Assembly (NCBI GenBank): GCA_043228905.1
Contig: JBHGNT010000001.1
Coordinates: 37,014,001-37,078,000, forward strand
Direction: 5' to 3'
Length of the DNA: 64,000 bases
DNA from: Azolla caroliniana
Lineage: Eukaryota; Plantae; Polypodiophyta
Made by a program: the position numbers and the translations under genes. Every line of letters begins with the position of its first letter. Within the stretch, counting starts at the first letter, position 1. Below are positions 1-13,158 of this stretch, in pieces. The notes under the pieces are model-generated. The model made no database searches and was not told the origin of the DNA. It was given only the letters and a program-made list of their open reading frames with translations.

Positions 1-3000
1 TTCTTCGTCCCTCGTTTCTCATTTTGCTCGGACGAAGTGCTGATTGTGCACTGAATTCTGTAATGTTTGCTAATAGGGAAACCATTTCAACAATTAATTG
101 TTGTCTTTGTCTTCTCTGATTCATTAATCAGGTTATCAAAGAACAACTTAACTTCAATGTTAATAATGTGATTAGCTGCCCTAATCCATATATTATTTTA
201 GCTTTGGTTTGGTGGCTATTTTTTAGGCAAAAAACTGATCAGTAATTTCTGCAAAGATGAAGTTCCTTTTCAATATGCAGGGAGCTGCAGTGCACTCTAT
301 GCTGTAATATTGTGGTATATGGTACATACAATACAAAGCAGTTGGATAGGTGCCCATGAATCACTTATAATATAGATTAATCTAGAAAACTCTCATACAC
401 CTATGAAGTGCAATCTATATTGTAATATTGGATAGACAGTGGAAAGGCTATGAAGCACTAATAATATATATTAGTCTACATTACACTCGTAGAGCAATGT
501 TCAATGATATCAATTTCCCGAGTCCTCAATATTGCATGGTATATTGCATGGGGAATCTGCATATCCTCTGTTGCAATATTCCGTAATTGGCTCCTTGGCT
601 CCTTGGCTCCTTAATTGTCGTGAGAGACTCACAAAATCAGTGGATATCTAATATAAAAATCCAAAATAGTTGTGATCATAAAAATCATGACAAGGGAAAC
701 AGTCCAAATTCTATCGAGAAAGGCACCAATCATGTCATTGTGTTCCATAGGATACTGTGCACCCTACAGTGGCATATATATTATGAAATCCATGACCAGG
801 GAAAACGGTCCAAATTCCTATCAAGGAAGGCAGCAATAAAGTCTTCGGCTTTCATAGTATGCCTTGCGCACTACTGTAGCATGTGTATTATGTAGTGCTC
901 CTCAATCTCTGGATGTATATCTTGCTGATGTACACTGAGTATGTTTAGGAGGTGCATCCCTATACTGAGTATATCTTGCTGATGTTTTAAGTTGTGAATA
1001 TGTTTAAATGGCGCATTCTAATCCATGAGACAATGGGTGTCTATCACCATCGCATACTACATATAATCATGGGTAATGCGGAGAAGTGGTCTTGACAGCA
1101 TGCCATCTTCGATCTGAATTCTTGTGCTGACTGAGGTTTTCAGCCTGCCTGATTATTCTGCCATTGACCAAAGTGATAGCTGTTTTCAGTTTCACATTTC
1201 CTGCCTTTGCTTTTTCTGCTCCTGAAATGTGTCCCATGTGGCAATGTTCTATCCATCTCTGGGTGATGGGATATGATCCATCCATGCCTCCAGGAATGCT
1301 TGAGAGAAGTAGGACAAACTGAAACCATGAAGTTTGAAATGCGCTAACCCCTGGGACTTGAAGATCCAGCTTTGCATGTCCATATTGAAGATGTGCTAAC
1401 AATGAAGCAAACTGATATGACTAAGCCTATGATTGGTAGCCATCTCATCCCAAATGCATTGGCTCAAAGTATTCTAGAGATTATGAATACAAACTGTCTG
1501 TTCATCGGTCTCAAGTCCTTGTAGGTATGTTTAGACATTCAACGGTGATATACAATCTACAGTTCCTATTCTGTACCTAATGTACAACCCTAGAGAAAAA
1601 TGATGTAAAAGGTTCATGACTAGAGATCGAATCCATCTATTTCAGTGATAAGCACCAACTGCAGCTGCCTTAAAAGCTAGAAAGAAAGAAAGAAAGAAAG
1701 TTGCATTAATATCTTTGAAGAGGCCAAAATTGCCTATAAGACCAAACAAGAGATTATATCTTAAAATGTTGTCTTGTCTCTGAGAACAACAAACCAAAAT
1801 AGATGTAATTAAGTAAAAAAGTAATAAGACATGACTAAAGAATCTCATCTGCTATATGTATATGTATGCTACTCAAGTCAGACATTGTAATTTTATCCTC
1901 AGAAAATCTCTAGCATATGTCGATCCAGAAAGGAATGGTCTCCAAAGCGAGGGAAGCTCCTCCAATGGTGGGAGATAATGTCCTTTATCTGTCAATGACA
2001 AGGACGGTGGGATTGTGGTCCACAAGGCCTATGTGCACTATGTGTTTCTATTGCCTAACTGATCTATTGTAACCCCTTTGCAATGTCTTGGTTGGGAGCC
2101 CGTTTGCAGTCCTTGATTGAGTTTTAGCATGAGTAGGAGTGATGACACAATTCTTCTAGAGGTATTCGTGCATATCTGCCTACCTTAATCTCGAACTGGT
2201 GCAAAGAAGTTCACATTACCGTTTCACACTGCAGAACATATAGGGTAGATGTATGCCCATAAAAGAGGGCCTGATGATGAATCCATTCTCTGATGTATGT
2301 AAAAAGTGTCTCATAGTGGGCCATCTTTACCCCAAGAGATGTTGGGGTGATCCGTGTAAAAGTTGTACACCCCTTCCAAAAGCCTACATATCCAGCTGAA
2401 TGCAGCCATTTCTCTCTGCTCATATACTCAATTCATGGTTGTCCTGTAACTGTTCAACATTGTGGGGTCTCCACTCTTGAAGATTGACACAATGATATGC
2501 TCTGTTCACCTAGTAGGTAAAATTTTCACACATAGCTCTATTAAACATGTGTGCTGGCAACTGGAGCAAGATGTGACAAGCATAAATAAAGTGCTCACGT
2601 ACTAATCCATCTTGATCATGGGTCTTCCCAATTTGTAACCAATCGATGGCGTTTCTTACATTTGGGTATGAGCCATGTGGGTGGAGGAATGGGGGCTGCC
2701 CGGTGATAACATATAGTACATTTGCATGTTCGTGACACACCTGGGGTAAGGTCAGTTGTGTGGTAGGTTGCCTCTCATTAAACTTTTTTAATGCTCTGTT
2801 AGTCTATTGTTCCAGAAACAAGTGATAGACATGTTTCAAATGTAGGTAAATATGATCTATATGCCCTTTTACTATCTTGAGTTGATTGGAATATAAGCCA
2901 ATCCCACCAACCTACCACTGATTCAAAAACAAATAAAATAAAAGATAGGCCTTACAAATCTTTTTCGTAGGTTATTGAGGGGAAAGAAGGATGATTCTGT

Positions 3001-4266
3001 GAGAATTTAATTAGAAAGGTATCCCATGTAGAACTATAGAGAAAAATGATGGTGTATAGACCTCTCTTCACCCATCTAGAGAGAGGTCTTGTTTTTTATC
3101 ATATCAGTCAGTCAGACAGATGCACTAGCATTAGGTACACTATGTATGACCTATGGCTCTTGTATATGATTTGTGACAGATCTTATATATGATTTTGACA
3201 ATAATAAAGATTTTGTCTTTGATGAGACAATGAAATGTTCTATTAACATTTTGAAAGGCCTATGCAACCAAATAAGGTACATCTAGTGAGGTTTATAAAA
3301 GTACCTGATAACAAGAAAATTAAAGAAAGAACAACTTGATAAGCTACATCCTATGAGATATCCAACAAACAGAGCTATGAGAACAAATAAGTTGTACCCA
3401 ATCCAAGATTATCTCAAGAAGTCCTGCATGGGTTTGTCTAGAATGACTTCAATATCCATTTGATAAGATATGTAGTTAAGTGTGCTCATTGGATGATGTA
3501 ATCGCTTTAATAAAGCACATGATAACAATAAAAACAAAGAAAGGACATGATAATACACTACATCCAGTCATATCTTCCAAACTAACTGACCAGCAACGCA
3601 AAATTATCTTAAAAAAATCCATATGGGTATTCTCTCTAGAATGACCTCCATATCCTCAGCAATCTTGCACTATGGTGCTCCAAATCCGCTGATATAATTG
3701 CCTCTTCTAATGCAAAGAATCAGGCATTTGAGGGCTCAGGAGAGATCCAACTGGATGTTGGGACTAACCTATATCTATTCCCAATTGAGTGTGATAAGGT
3801 GTAGATCTGCCGATGTGGCATCTCAATCCATGAGATATATGGATATATCATATCCAGGGCTTAGTGAAATACATCCATCACGAGTAATGTGAAGAAGATG
3901 GTCATGACAGATGCCTATCTTTGTAATAACTCCTGCCTAGGTTCAATCCATGTCCGTCTAGTCTCTAGCTGAATGAATCTTGCCTGATGGCTTTGCTAAT
4001 CCCTGAGCTATTGTGAGATGTATCCAAAGAGGTTATGCTGAAACCATAATGCCATTTGGGAAAATAAGACCATTGATGGTACACCATCTAAGCCCCTGCA
4101 ATCTTGTAGGTATGGATGCTTTATCGTGGATCATGGTTCTCTGCTTCATTCCCACTCATTAGGGATGCCTCTAGATCTGCAATAACAGTTTGAACTAGAC
4201 TGCACTCCAGACAAATTTTTAATGGGTAAAAACATTATCAAATAGTTTTTGGAACCAAGTGTCTCT

Positions 4267-4269
<3 letters not shown>

Positions 4270-4348
<79 letters not shown>
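4270..4348. repeat. Compound microsatellite (AT)n(AG)n upstream of the first recognisable FLU exon
   Basis: About 16 AT units directly followed by about 23 AG units, read from the sequence. Confidence 0.95.
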
Positions 4349-4351
<3 letters not shown>

Positions 4352-4594
4352 AGAGCATCATCTGATACATGAGAAAGAGAAGAAAGAAATACATGTTAAT
4401 GTCTTGTAAGAGGGCAAACTGAAATAGATATTGCATCTTAAAACGTTGCCTCATCTTTGAGAACAAAAAACCAAAATGAGTACCAAAATTTGTAAAACAG
4501 CCAAAGGTACCAGAGAGAGAAATTATGATGACTGCAAAAGACCAAAGTGGCATATTAACAGCCAAACACAGTTCATTTTGATTTTTCTTTACAG

Positions 4595-5587
4595 GTACTC
4601 TAGCTCGGCAAAGAAAAGAAGAGCTAGAAAAGTTAAATACTCAGCTTCGCAAGATCAATGACTACTTAAAGAGTAAGGCAATGATTGAAACATATGCCCC
4701 TGGTCTAGTCTATGCGCCTGTTGGTCGACCACTAGATGACAAAGAATTGAGTAATGAGAAGGAAACACTGAGGAACCTTCTGAAATCTGGGAAAAAGTTT
4801 CTTAGAGAGAAAAGGCCAGATTTTGCATATGAAGAATTCAAGAGGGCTCTTCCAATCGCGCAACGAATTGGTGATACAAATGAGGAGAAAAAAGCGGCTA
4901 GAGGACTAGGTAAAAATCAATGCTTCTTTGTGCTTCTTGACATATGCATCTTCATGCTTCTTTGTGTGTTTGGTGGTGAACCAATTTGCTTTACAGTGTC
5001 TAAAATAGTAGTATATATAAAAGCACAACCATTGAGAAAATATGGGAAAACATACCAAAGCAAATGGATTATTCAGGTGTGTGTCAAGCAAGAAAAGGTT
5101 ACTGCGTATTAGAAATCCTAAAGCGAAAGTGTCACATCGTGCTTGAGAAAAGTATAGCATTACACAGAAGCAATAAAAGGCTTTTGCGTCTTTGGAATCT
5201 TTAGTTCTAGGTCATCTCATGTACCTCTTACATAATTAAAAGATGGAAGAATTTTGTATTTTATTCAAAAGCATAAGATTTGTTCTATCTTGGACGAGGA
5301 AAATAGTAACGTTGAATTTAAAAACTGTATAATTTATAGCTGAGTCCACAATCGTTTAGACAAAACACAATTCTACAGGTGCATCGCTTCAACGACAAGG
5401 CAAATTTCGAGAGGCGATTGACTATCATAACATGGTTCTATCAATCTCTAAACGAACAGGGACTACTCATGGAAACGCAGAGGCATTTGGATCCATTGCT
5501 GATTGTTACTGTGAGCTTGGTGACCTTGAGGCTGCCCAAAAGTTCTATAATCAATATATAGATACACTGGTAGTTGATGAAGATTGA
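4595..5587 (+). CDS. FLU: FLU-like chloroplast TPR protein (negative regulator of tetrapyrrole synthesis), last two coding exons 4595-4909 and 5379-5587; 5' exons not confidently placed
   Basis: The spliced translation TLARQRKEELEKLNTQLRKIN...IETYAPGLVYAPVG...EEKKAARGLG|ASLQRQGKFREAIDYH...AEAFGSIADCYCELGDLEAAQKFYNQYI* closely matches my recollection of the coiled-coil and TPR C-terminus of Arabidopsis FLU. Canonical AG/GT sites, phase-1 intron 4910-5378, TGA at 5585-5587. Confidence 0.9.
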
Positions 5588-8500
5588 AGAAAATTAGTTA
5601 ATCAAATTGATATTACATTGGGGCGGTTGATGAAGATTGAAAAAATCAGTAATCAAATCAATCATACCATGTATAGGACACTTACCTAAGACATTGCCCT
5701 AATCTTTGAATGGCAAAGGTTTATTTATTTGTTTTTCTCACAATGTGTGGCAACTGAAGGTGGGAAAGGGTGTTGAAGTTCCGAGCTATTTGCTAATGAG
5801 GAAAAGAACCAAACCACTAGGACAACCCTTCCCCTCATTCGGATGTAAACTGCTAAAAGAGTTGTAAGCCCTTTATATTTTGTAGGTCTTGATATGACAA
5901 TGAGTTTCTTATCAGCCCTTACTTTATATCTTTTTTTAATAAAAGGAGCTGTATGTTGTATTATTGTTTATCATAAATAAATAAACAAAAACATATCAGT
6001 GTCTGCCCAGTTGGCCATTAATATCCCATACAGAACATAAATAAATAAAAAAAAGTCAGCATTGGCTCTGTGTTCAAAATCCTGGTTTGAATACCAGAAA
6101 GTAGATCTTTAAAATACAAATGACAAAAACTCCATGCATTGCCTATCATTCTTCCATCAGCTATCACTCAGTATAGTTTGAGAAATTGTGTTACCAGCCC
6201 ATTCTTAAAAACATCAAATTTCTTTGCCAATTTCCTTCTAGTTCAGGGGTTCAATTTTGTAATTACATGTCAGAAGTAAATAGACTTCCTGATGGCAAGA
6301 ATATATGATGCCTTGCATGTTGGAATTTTATTACTCACATCAACACAACATGGAATTTTTGAGAAAATCTTTGGACACAACCAACCCCATGTTCTCACCC
6401 CATGACATTCAAGGACAAACAAGCAATCTCTCATCTACACATTTACCTATTATGTCACAGTTGGAAAGGGGCATGTAGAGCCCTAGGATAAATAATGTAA
6501 TGCTTGTCCAAAAGGCTTAGGATAAATAATGTTTTACGATCTAATGTCAAAAGCAACCATTCCCTCCCACCTTTGATCCCTCAAAGATACTTATCTCATA
6601 TGACTCCTCACATTAGTTGTCACATCTCCGCACTTACATTTTCTCCTTACTAGAGCATAAGAGCAAACTCTTGAAACTTTACAACGCCGTTTCCATAGGA
6701 GATTTTTGAAGCACGACTACATGTAAACTCTTTATGGTTCAAATGTGAGCTTTGTGTTTTATTTGTTGCCTATTCAGATTTCTATGAATGTAACACATAG
6801 ACAAATTATGACCCATTATATGCAACCACTTGATGCCTATGAATTAGGAAGCTATGTTTGAAGAGTCTTGTTTCATTGTGGTGATAATGATATTTCAAAG
6901 TTTCTAGAAGAACATTATGATTCTCAACGACCTTTTATTTATTAGTGTAGGGAATTGTAGGATCTCGAGAAAGTTACAATATCTCCACATCTAAAAGTCA
7001 AAGATATAGATTGCGATATTTCTCCTTGGAATTCAACTATTCTTGCTCACAATCAATATATTTGCAAATACTCATTAGATGATAACTTTATGCAAAATTA
7101 TAGTGAGTGCCTGTTATATTGAGACCATGAGATTGTTGTTAATGTCAACAAATTTCTTGCTAGAATAACTCTTACATTTGATTTTATTTTGACATTGTCA
7201 CCCTGTGCAAGGTGTCTTGAAATGATCACACAAGACAACTTCGTTTATTTTATAGAATTCAGGCAGAGACATATCATTAAACGTTGAATTTGATACAAAA
7301 AACAAGTATGTACATGTGCATTTGAATTCGGCTCTTGAGTTCTCGAGAAAGGAATTCTATTAAATATAACATTATTAAGGATTTCCATCAAAGATGGTTC
7401 ACCCACGACAAAGTTGGCATACAAAAATTTGGAAAGAGTATTTGACGTATAATGAGAACATCGACCTATAAAATGTTTATGCACACTTCCATTCTTAGTT
7501 AATTTTACAACTCTTGGACACAAGAGCTAGACTATACTTGATGTTGGCCTTGTTACTATCTTCTTTTCTATCTTCCTTTACATGGACAAGTAAGAAAATT
7601 CTGATGTATGGGAGTCAAAATCATAGCATAGTAAACTTATACTTTGTCGAAACTTCTTTGTCTTGCACAATTGTTTGCCTAAGGGTGCCCCTAATGAGAA
7701 ATCAACTCTCATCAATTTTTATAACAAATTTACAATAGCTTTGAATAGATGAGTTTGGTCAAAAACGTATGGAAGTGGCCACTCACCCCATCAATTAGAT
7801 AACACTTATGATCACCCCCCAAAAAAAGTGTTGATAAATTATGTGTAAAAAAGGAAAATTCTTGATCAAACTAGTTGTAGACCTTCCAATTAGTCTTGAA
7901 GATCTTCGAGACTCTATATTATAATATCATCAAAACAGTCACATTGAGGACAATAGTTTTCGGAACTCATCAAGATTCAAGACCATGCCACCACTTTTTA
8001 ACATGGTTGTTTTGTTTTTGGCTTATCCTAAGGTTGGCCTCCATTGGTCAATTGTAAGGGCACCCACATCGAGATATCTCCTTAGGAAAGAGATAACACT
8101 TTGACTTTGCAATCTCAACCTTACCTACATTGTGTATACACAATAAATATGGTGTAGTTGTTCTTCTTTCACATTTCAATCTTCATGTTGTATGGTCCAA
8201 TGTAGATTCCTATCACCAATTTCATATCCATAACATGTTTCCTAGTTATCTTTTGAACTTCTCATTTGTTCTGAAGCACTCTTTTATCGTTTTTATTTCA
8301 TTTCTCTTTTCATTATTTTTATGGGGCCTTTGATGCTCTTTTTTTGTTTCTTTTGAAGGTCAACCAAATTCGGCAATATCCAATAATTGTTTTGTCACAA
8401 ATACAATGGTCAAGTATTCAAGACAAATATTCTTGGATACGTAATCACAATGTTGATGCTTTTTTATATAGCTTTACCTAATCTTAGGGGGAAATCATCA

Positions 8501-11168
8501 ATGAACAACATTGTTAACCTTTTTCTTCAGCATTGAATTTTATTTAGGTTTATGTGCACAAGTTTTCTCTTAATAACACAATTCTACAAGGAACCTTTGT
8601 ACATATTATTGACGAACTAGGGTGTGGGTGTTTATGCATCAAAACCTATGAATTTCACAGCAACCAATGGGTGGTTGGTTTCCTAAAATAGAATTTGTCT
8701 TGACTTTCATAAATAATTCTCGGTGATTATCTAGCCTTACTTGATTGAAGATCAAGGGGCATGTACTCACATCTCGAGAAAGACCAAGTAGTAGGATGGT
8801 ATGAAATGTGCATACTCATTGTTGAATTCAATATCAATCTCCTTAGCATCTATAATGGATGTCTTTAAAAAACAAGTTGTCTTGATCAATACACCTTTTA
8901 ATTTGTTGGTAATAAATTGCATAATTAGCCACCCTTCTAGAAAAGAGGAGAAACAACTACAAAAACACAAATGTCAATAAGAAGAAATGGGTTCCTTTCA
9001 ACACTTATGAGAGGAAAATGCATAATTTCCCATCACTTACAAGTGGATGGAGAACGTAATAAATTTATGTGGGTGAAAATGAAGAAATCATTTATTAATA
9101 ATCAATCAAAAACTCGTGGATCCAAATTTTGAATTCTTATGCATGTATCGTATGCACATTTGCCTTTCGTTATCTTGACAATTCATTCTTGGCTTTGAAT
9201 ATTGATCTATGTGCGCATTGTCCACGGCTATATGCATGTAAGATGTCTTTCTAGATTTGGACACTAAAATGTGACATTGACTCTCCTCCTAAGTTCTAAC
9301 CATCCAATATTTATTAGTCTATCCCCCCATGTCCTAGCTTTATTGTTGGTTTTCACACATGGACAATAGACATCGACCTATAAGGCCTTTGTATGCAATT
9401 GTGGTTGTCACTTTGGGACTATCATACTCTCCACGTGACTAGTTTCAGTACATGCTTTTAGAAAACCATAGAAATATCATTGTGTATATCCAAGTCTATG
9501 AAATAGGTATAGGAGTGTGCCCGTTCATAAGAAAGTGGTATAAAAAAAGAGAATTTGAGACGAATAACAAATTTTAGGTTGTACAAGTCTTATGTTGTTA
9601 GACTATGTCTTAGCTTGTCACCATAGTTTATTGTGTAGACATTATGTTGTGTTCCATTTAGTTTATTACTCCTTGTTATTATGAAAAAGAAATGTCAACA
9701 ACTTAGCATACAATATATTCTAGACATCATGTTTCCCATCTATTCAATCCTAACAAAATTCCGTTGATAGATTCACAACTTGCCCTGCCAAAATTCTTAA
9801 ACTTCAAAATGGGCGTGGATATAATGGTGGAGCTTGTGTATTGTGGTTGTTAAGGTTGCAAATCAAACACTCAACCCTTGGGCAATGGATTCAATGTTAA
9901 ATTTATTATAAATATTCCTCATAATTTTTGTTTCGAATCACACAAATTAATTTTGTTTGTTGCTAAACCTACAACGTTACGATTACTTTTGAAAAGAATA
10001 ACATAAATATGGCTTTACAAGTCACTTTCCACAACAAGAAATAAAAAGAATAACATCATCTAACAGGCAATACCCATAAATGATGCCTTGTGTGGTGCAA
10101 AGCATAGGCTTTCGAGAAGAATATTCCAAGTTCCCCCCACAATGATGGAGGAATACAATTTATGGATATGGTATTGGTAATTGATCTTTGTGTTCTCAAT
10201 TGCAAACATAAAAGATGTGCCTACAATGATGAGTTATTATGCCAATGTATGTTTGAGCATCATTTATTTTGTATGTTGATGTAAGTTTGCTAAGTTGGCT
10301 TGGACAAAATATGGGAACTCCCAAAGTCATCGAAAAGGATTATGACATTGCCAAAAGATCTTGTTTTGCAACCATTATGTTGTGGGTTCTCTTGTAATGT
10401 ATGACATCTATAGGAATATATATATTATTGATTTATTCACCTATTTTAGTTTGCAAACACAATTTCTCTAAAACATGTTGCTTCCCAACCATTGAGTGAT
10501 GGCAATGCTTTTATTTTTTAGTAGCGTGGAAATGAAATAACTTGTTTGAACTAAAAGATATTGTGGTTCGTGGTGAGAAACTGATCATGCCCACTAATCA
10601 TTTGCTTCAGCGCTTGTAAACGAGATTGTTTCCTTGAATACATAAATATTTTCTTCTTCTTGCACATATGGGGACAATGTGTTACAAGCATTGCTTGTAT
10701 TCTTTGTGCTTGAAATCGAAAACTCTTTTACATGTGTTGTTCTTTATGGCATCTTACATTCATCTCCATATTATATTTAACTATACTTTCTAGCTATTTG
10801 TCCTTTTGATTTAATCGGGGCCATTAGAACATCCAAATTTGTGTCCATGACAAGAAAACCACATTATTTTTAGAGTTAACGTTATAATACTATTTCATCT
10901 ACATACAATACTCAATTATTATTTTTTGGAAAAAAAAACTCAATTATTTAAAACAATTAAATATTTTGGATGTGAGTTTTGATGCTCGTGTTCTCATCAA
11001 ATGTATTTCGGAATTTTATTTCTATGTTATAGTGTACTATGATAGCAATAGTTGGTGATGTTATAGAGTATCCTCGTGTTGGCACAACTAATAAAGTTCT
11101 ATACTATACCTTGAAGACTTTATTGTGCCTAAAAGTATCAATAGTAAAAACATACACAATGAACACGG

Positions 11169-11351
11169 TGTCACTGTTTTCTGCAAGTTCGTGTCGGATC
11201 AGGGTGGGACCGCCAAGGTCTTGAACCAAGGAGCCGTTGAAGAGAGTAAATTGGGCGAATGTATATGGATTATCTGGCCGGTTGCCGGATTCCGGATGGG
11301 CGAGCGCACGACACACAGGCACGTAACCGATCTGGGCCTGTCGTAGGATCC
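11169..11351 (-). repeat. Truncated 3' LTR (U5 end only) of the host Gypsy
   Basis: Aligns without gaps to 27620-27802 (TGTCACTGTTTT vs TGTCGTTGTTTT; shared GGTCTTGAACCAAGGAGCCG), roughly 75-80% identity by eye. It abuts integrase N-terminal coding sequence directly. Confidence 0.8.
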
Positions 11352-12526
11352 AAGGGCTTCACCTTCAGCTTCTTGAACGTCGCCCACGTCCCTCGATGTC
11401 CAGACCAAGGGCTCTCGTGGAACTCTGACAATAGCATCGACTGCTCTTCTCTCTTCGTCACCACCCGGAGTGGTGTGCCTTTCCGTTTCTTCAAGTATCG
11501 CTAGATCACCCCGTCTCGTAAAAGGAACTTGTAAGCCTTCCTCCAGATTTGATCGACCTCTTCCTTTGTCCACGTTGCATCCGTCGTCATCGTGCTAAAA
11601 AATCTTTCGATTTGAAGTCACTCCCCATCATAGTCGTCCTCATTGAACCTGTGCAGGGCCAGAGTGCTTCGCTTGTTCACCGATAGTCAAGTCGACTCAA
11701 AGTCACGCCGACTTCTTCATCTTCCGACACCATGCCATCTTCGTTGTTGTACCGTGTTCTCGATAGCATATCGGCCATGGAGTTGTCCTTTCCGAAGATG
11801 TGCCATGTCTCCGGATTGAGGGACTTAATGTACGCGATCCACCTGAGCATTGCCAGGTCCGAAGTTGTGTATCTAGATACCATCTCGACCATTTGGAGGC
11901 AATCCGTCTCGATTACTACCTCCATCCCGATCAAGTTACTAATCTTTGACGGCCTTAACCGGCAAAACGATACCCCATACTTCGCGCTTAACTTGGGTGT
12001 ATCCTCTTTGTCGCTCACAATAGGACCTTTGCGCCGAATCGGATGGCGAATTGCGTTCCGCCTTCATCCTCCTGGTTAATCACCCATCTGATTCCGGTCG
12101 GACTTGCGTCAATTGTAACGTACATCGACGTTCCCTTTCCGTAGACCGCCTTCCGGAGAGCCGGTGTTGCCATCAACATCCTTTTTTGTCTTCTTTCCAC
12201 CTCTGCGTGCTCTTACCTCCACTCGAACTTCCACCCTTTCTTCAGCAAGCCGTAGAGCGGCTCGGCAATGTGTGTGTAATGGGGGATCAAGTTGTGGTTG
12301 AAGGCACACGCTCCCACGAATCGTCGGACCTCCGCGGTCGACCTGCATATTTCCTTCATCGCTAAAATGGCCTCTACCTTCGTCGGAGACGGTTTCGGCC
12401 GTATGGCCTGCACAGGTGACCGACCACCAAGACCTCTGATTGTCCGCAGAAGGTGAGACGTGCTCCTTCCAGCCTCTGCAATATTTTCTCATAGTCGGAG
12501 ATTTGGTCGGCCACGAACTTCCGACA

Positions 12527-13148
12527 TGTTAGAAATTGACGGTTTCAAAACCTTCGCCTCTCGGCCACAACCGAGGAAACACGAGTCAATGCAGCAGTAA
12601 ATCGAAAACACAGAGAGAGACTCGAATGCACAGGGTTTAGCGTGGAAAACCCTAGACGGGAAAAACCACGGGAGTGCAAGACTCCAACTATCACTATACG
12701 CAGGGAATGTACAGTGGCGAGCTGCAAGGCGACGACCTTGAGCTCGCTGTCCTCGCCACAGGCGGCGGTATTACACAGAGGCGTCGACCTCTTCCTTTCT
12801 CTCTCTCTCGGCTGCTCTCACTTCGCTCCCTCTAAGTGGAAAACAGAAAAATGAGCAACAACCACAAAACTGTTTGCCCTAAGTCATATTTATACACATA
12901 TGACTTTCGGGCTATTTACAAATATAGCCTAGAGGGCCCTTGGCAAACATATTCACAAATATGTCCCCGCATCCGGATCTCTCTCCGGGTACATTCGTCA
13001 TCCGGCTCCGTAGCCGGGGTCTTCATCATTCGGATCCGAAACCGGGTCTTCATCATCCGGCTCTGATACCGAGTACTCCTCATTCGGGTCTTCATTCCCG
13101 ATTCCCGGACATCTGACCATCCCATCCGGAGGGACCGTAATCCCAACA
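12527..13148 (-). repeat. 3' LTR of the young Copia
   Basis: Near-identical to 17263-17884; adjacent PPT at 13151-13159. Confidence 0.97.
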
Positions 13149-13158
13149 AACTCCCCCT

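Noticed and set aside
132-325. Possible upstream FLU exons (AG acceptors near 131 and 280)
   Set aside because: No frame gives the expected hydrophobic LIGATVG-like peptide convincingly, so they cannot be assigned without transcripts.
587-4200. Short ORFs and an MPFG motif suggesting RT remnants
   Set aside because: No coherent domain order or second motif; left as unclassified degenerate sequence.
6100-11100. AT-rich region with short ORFs and a weak L1-like motif near 10130
   Set aside because: Too decayed to support a family call; no termini or TSD seen.
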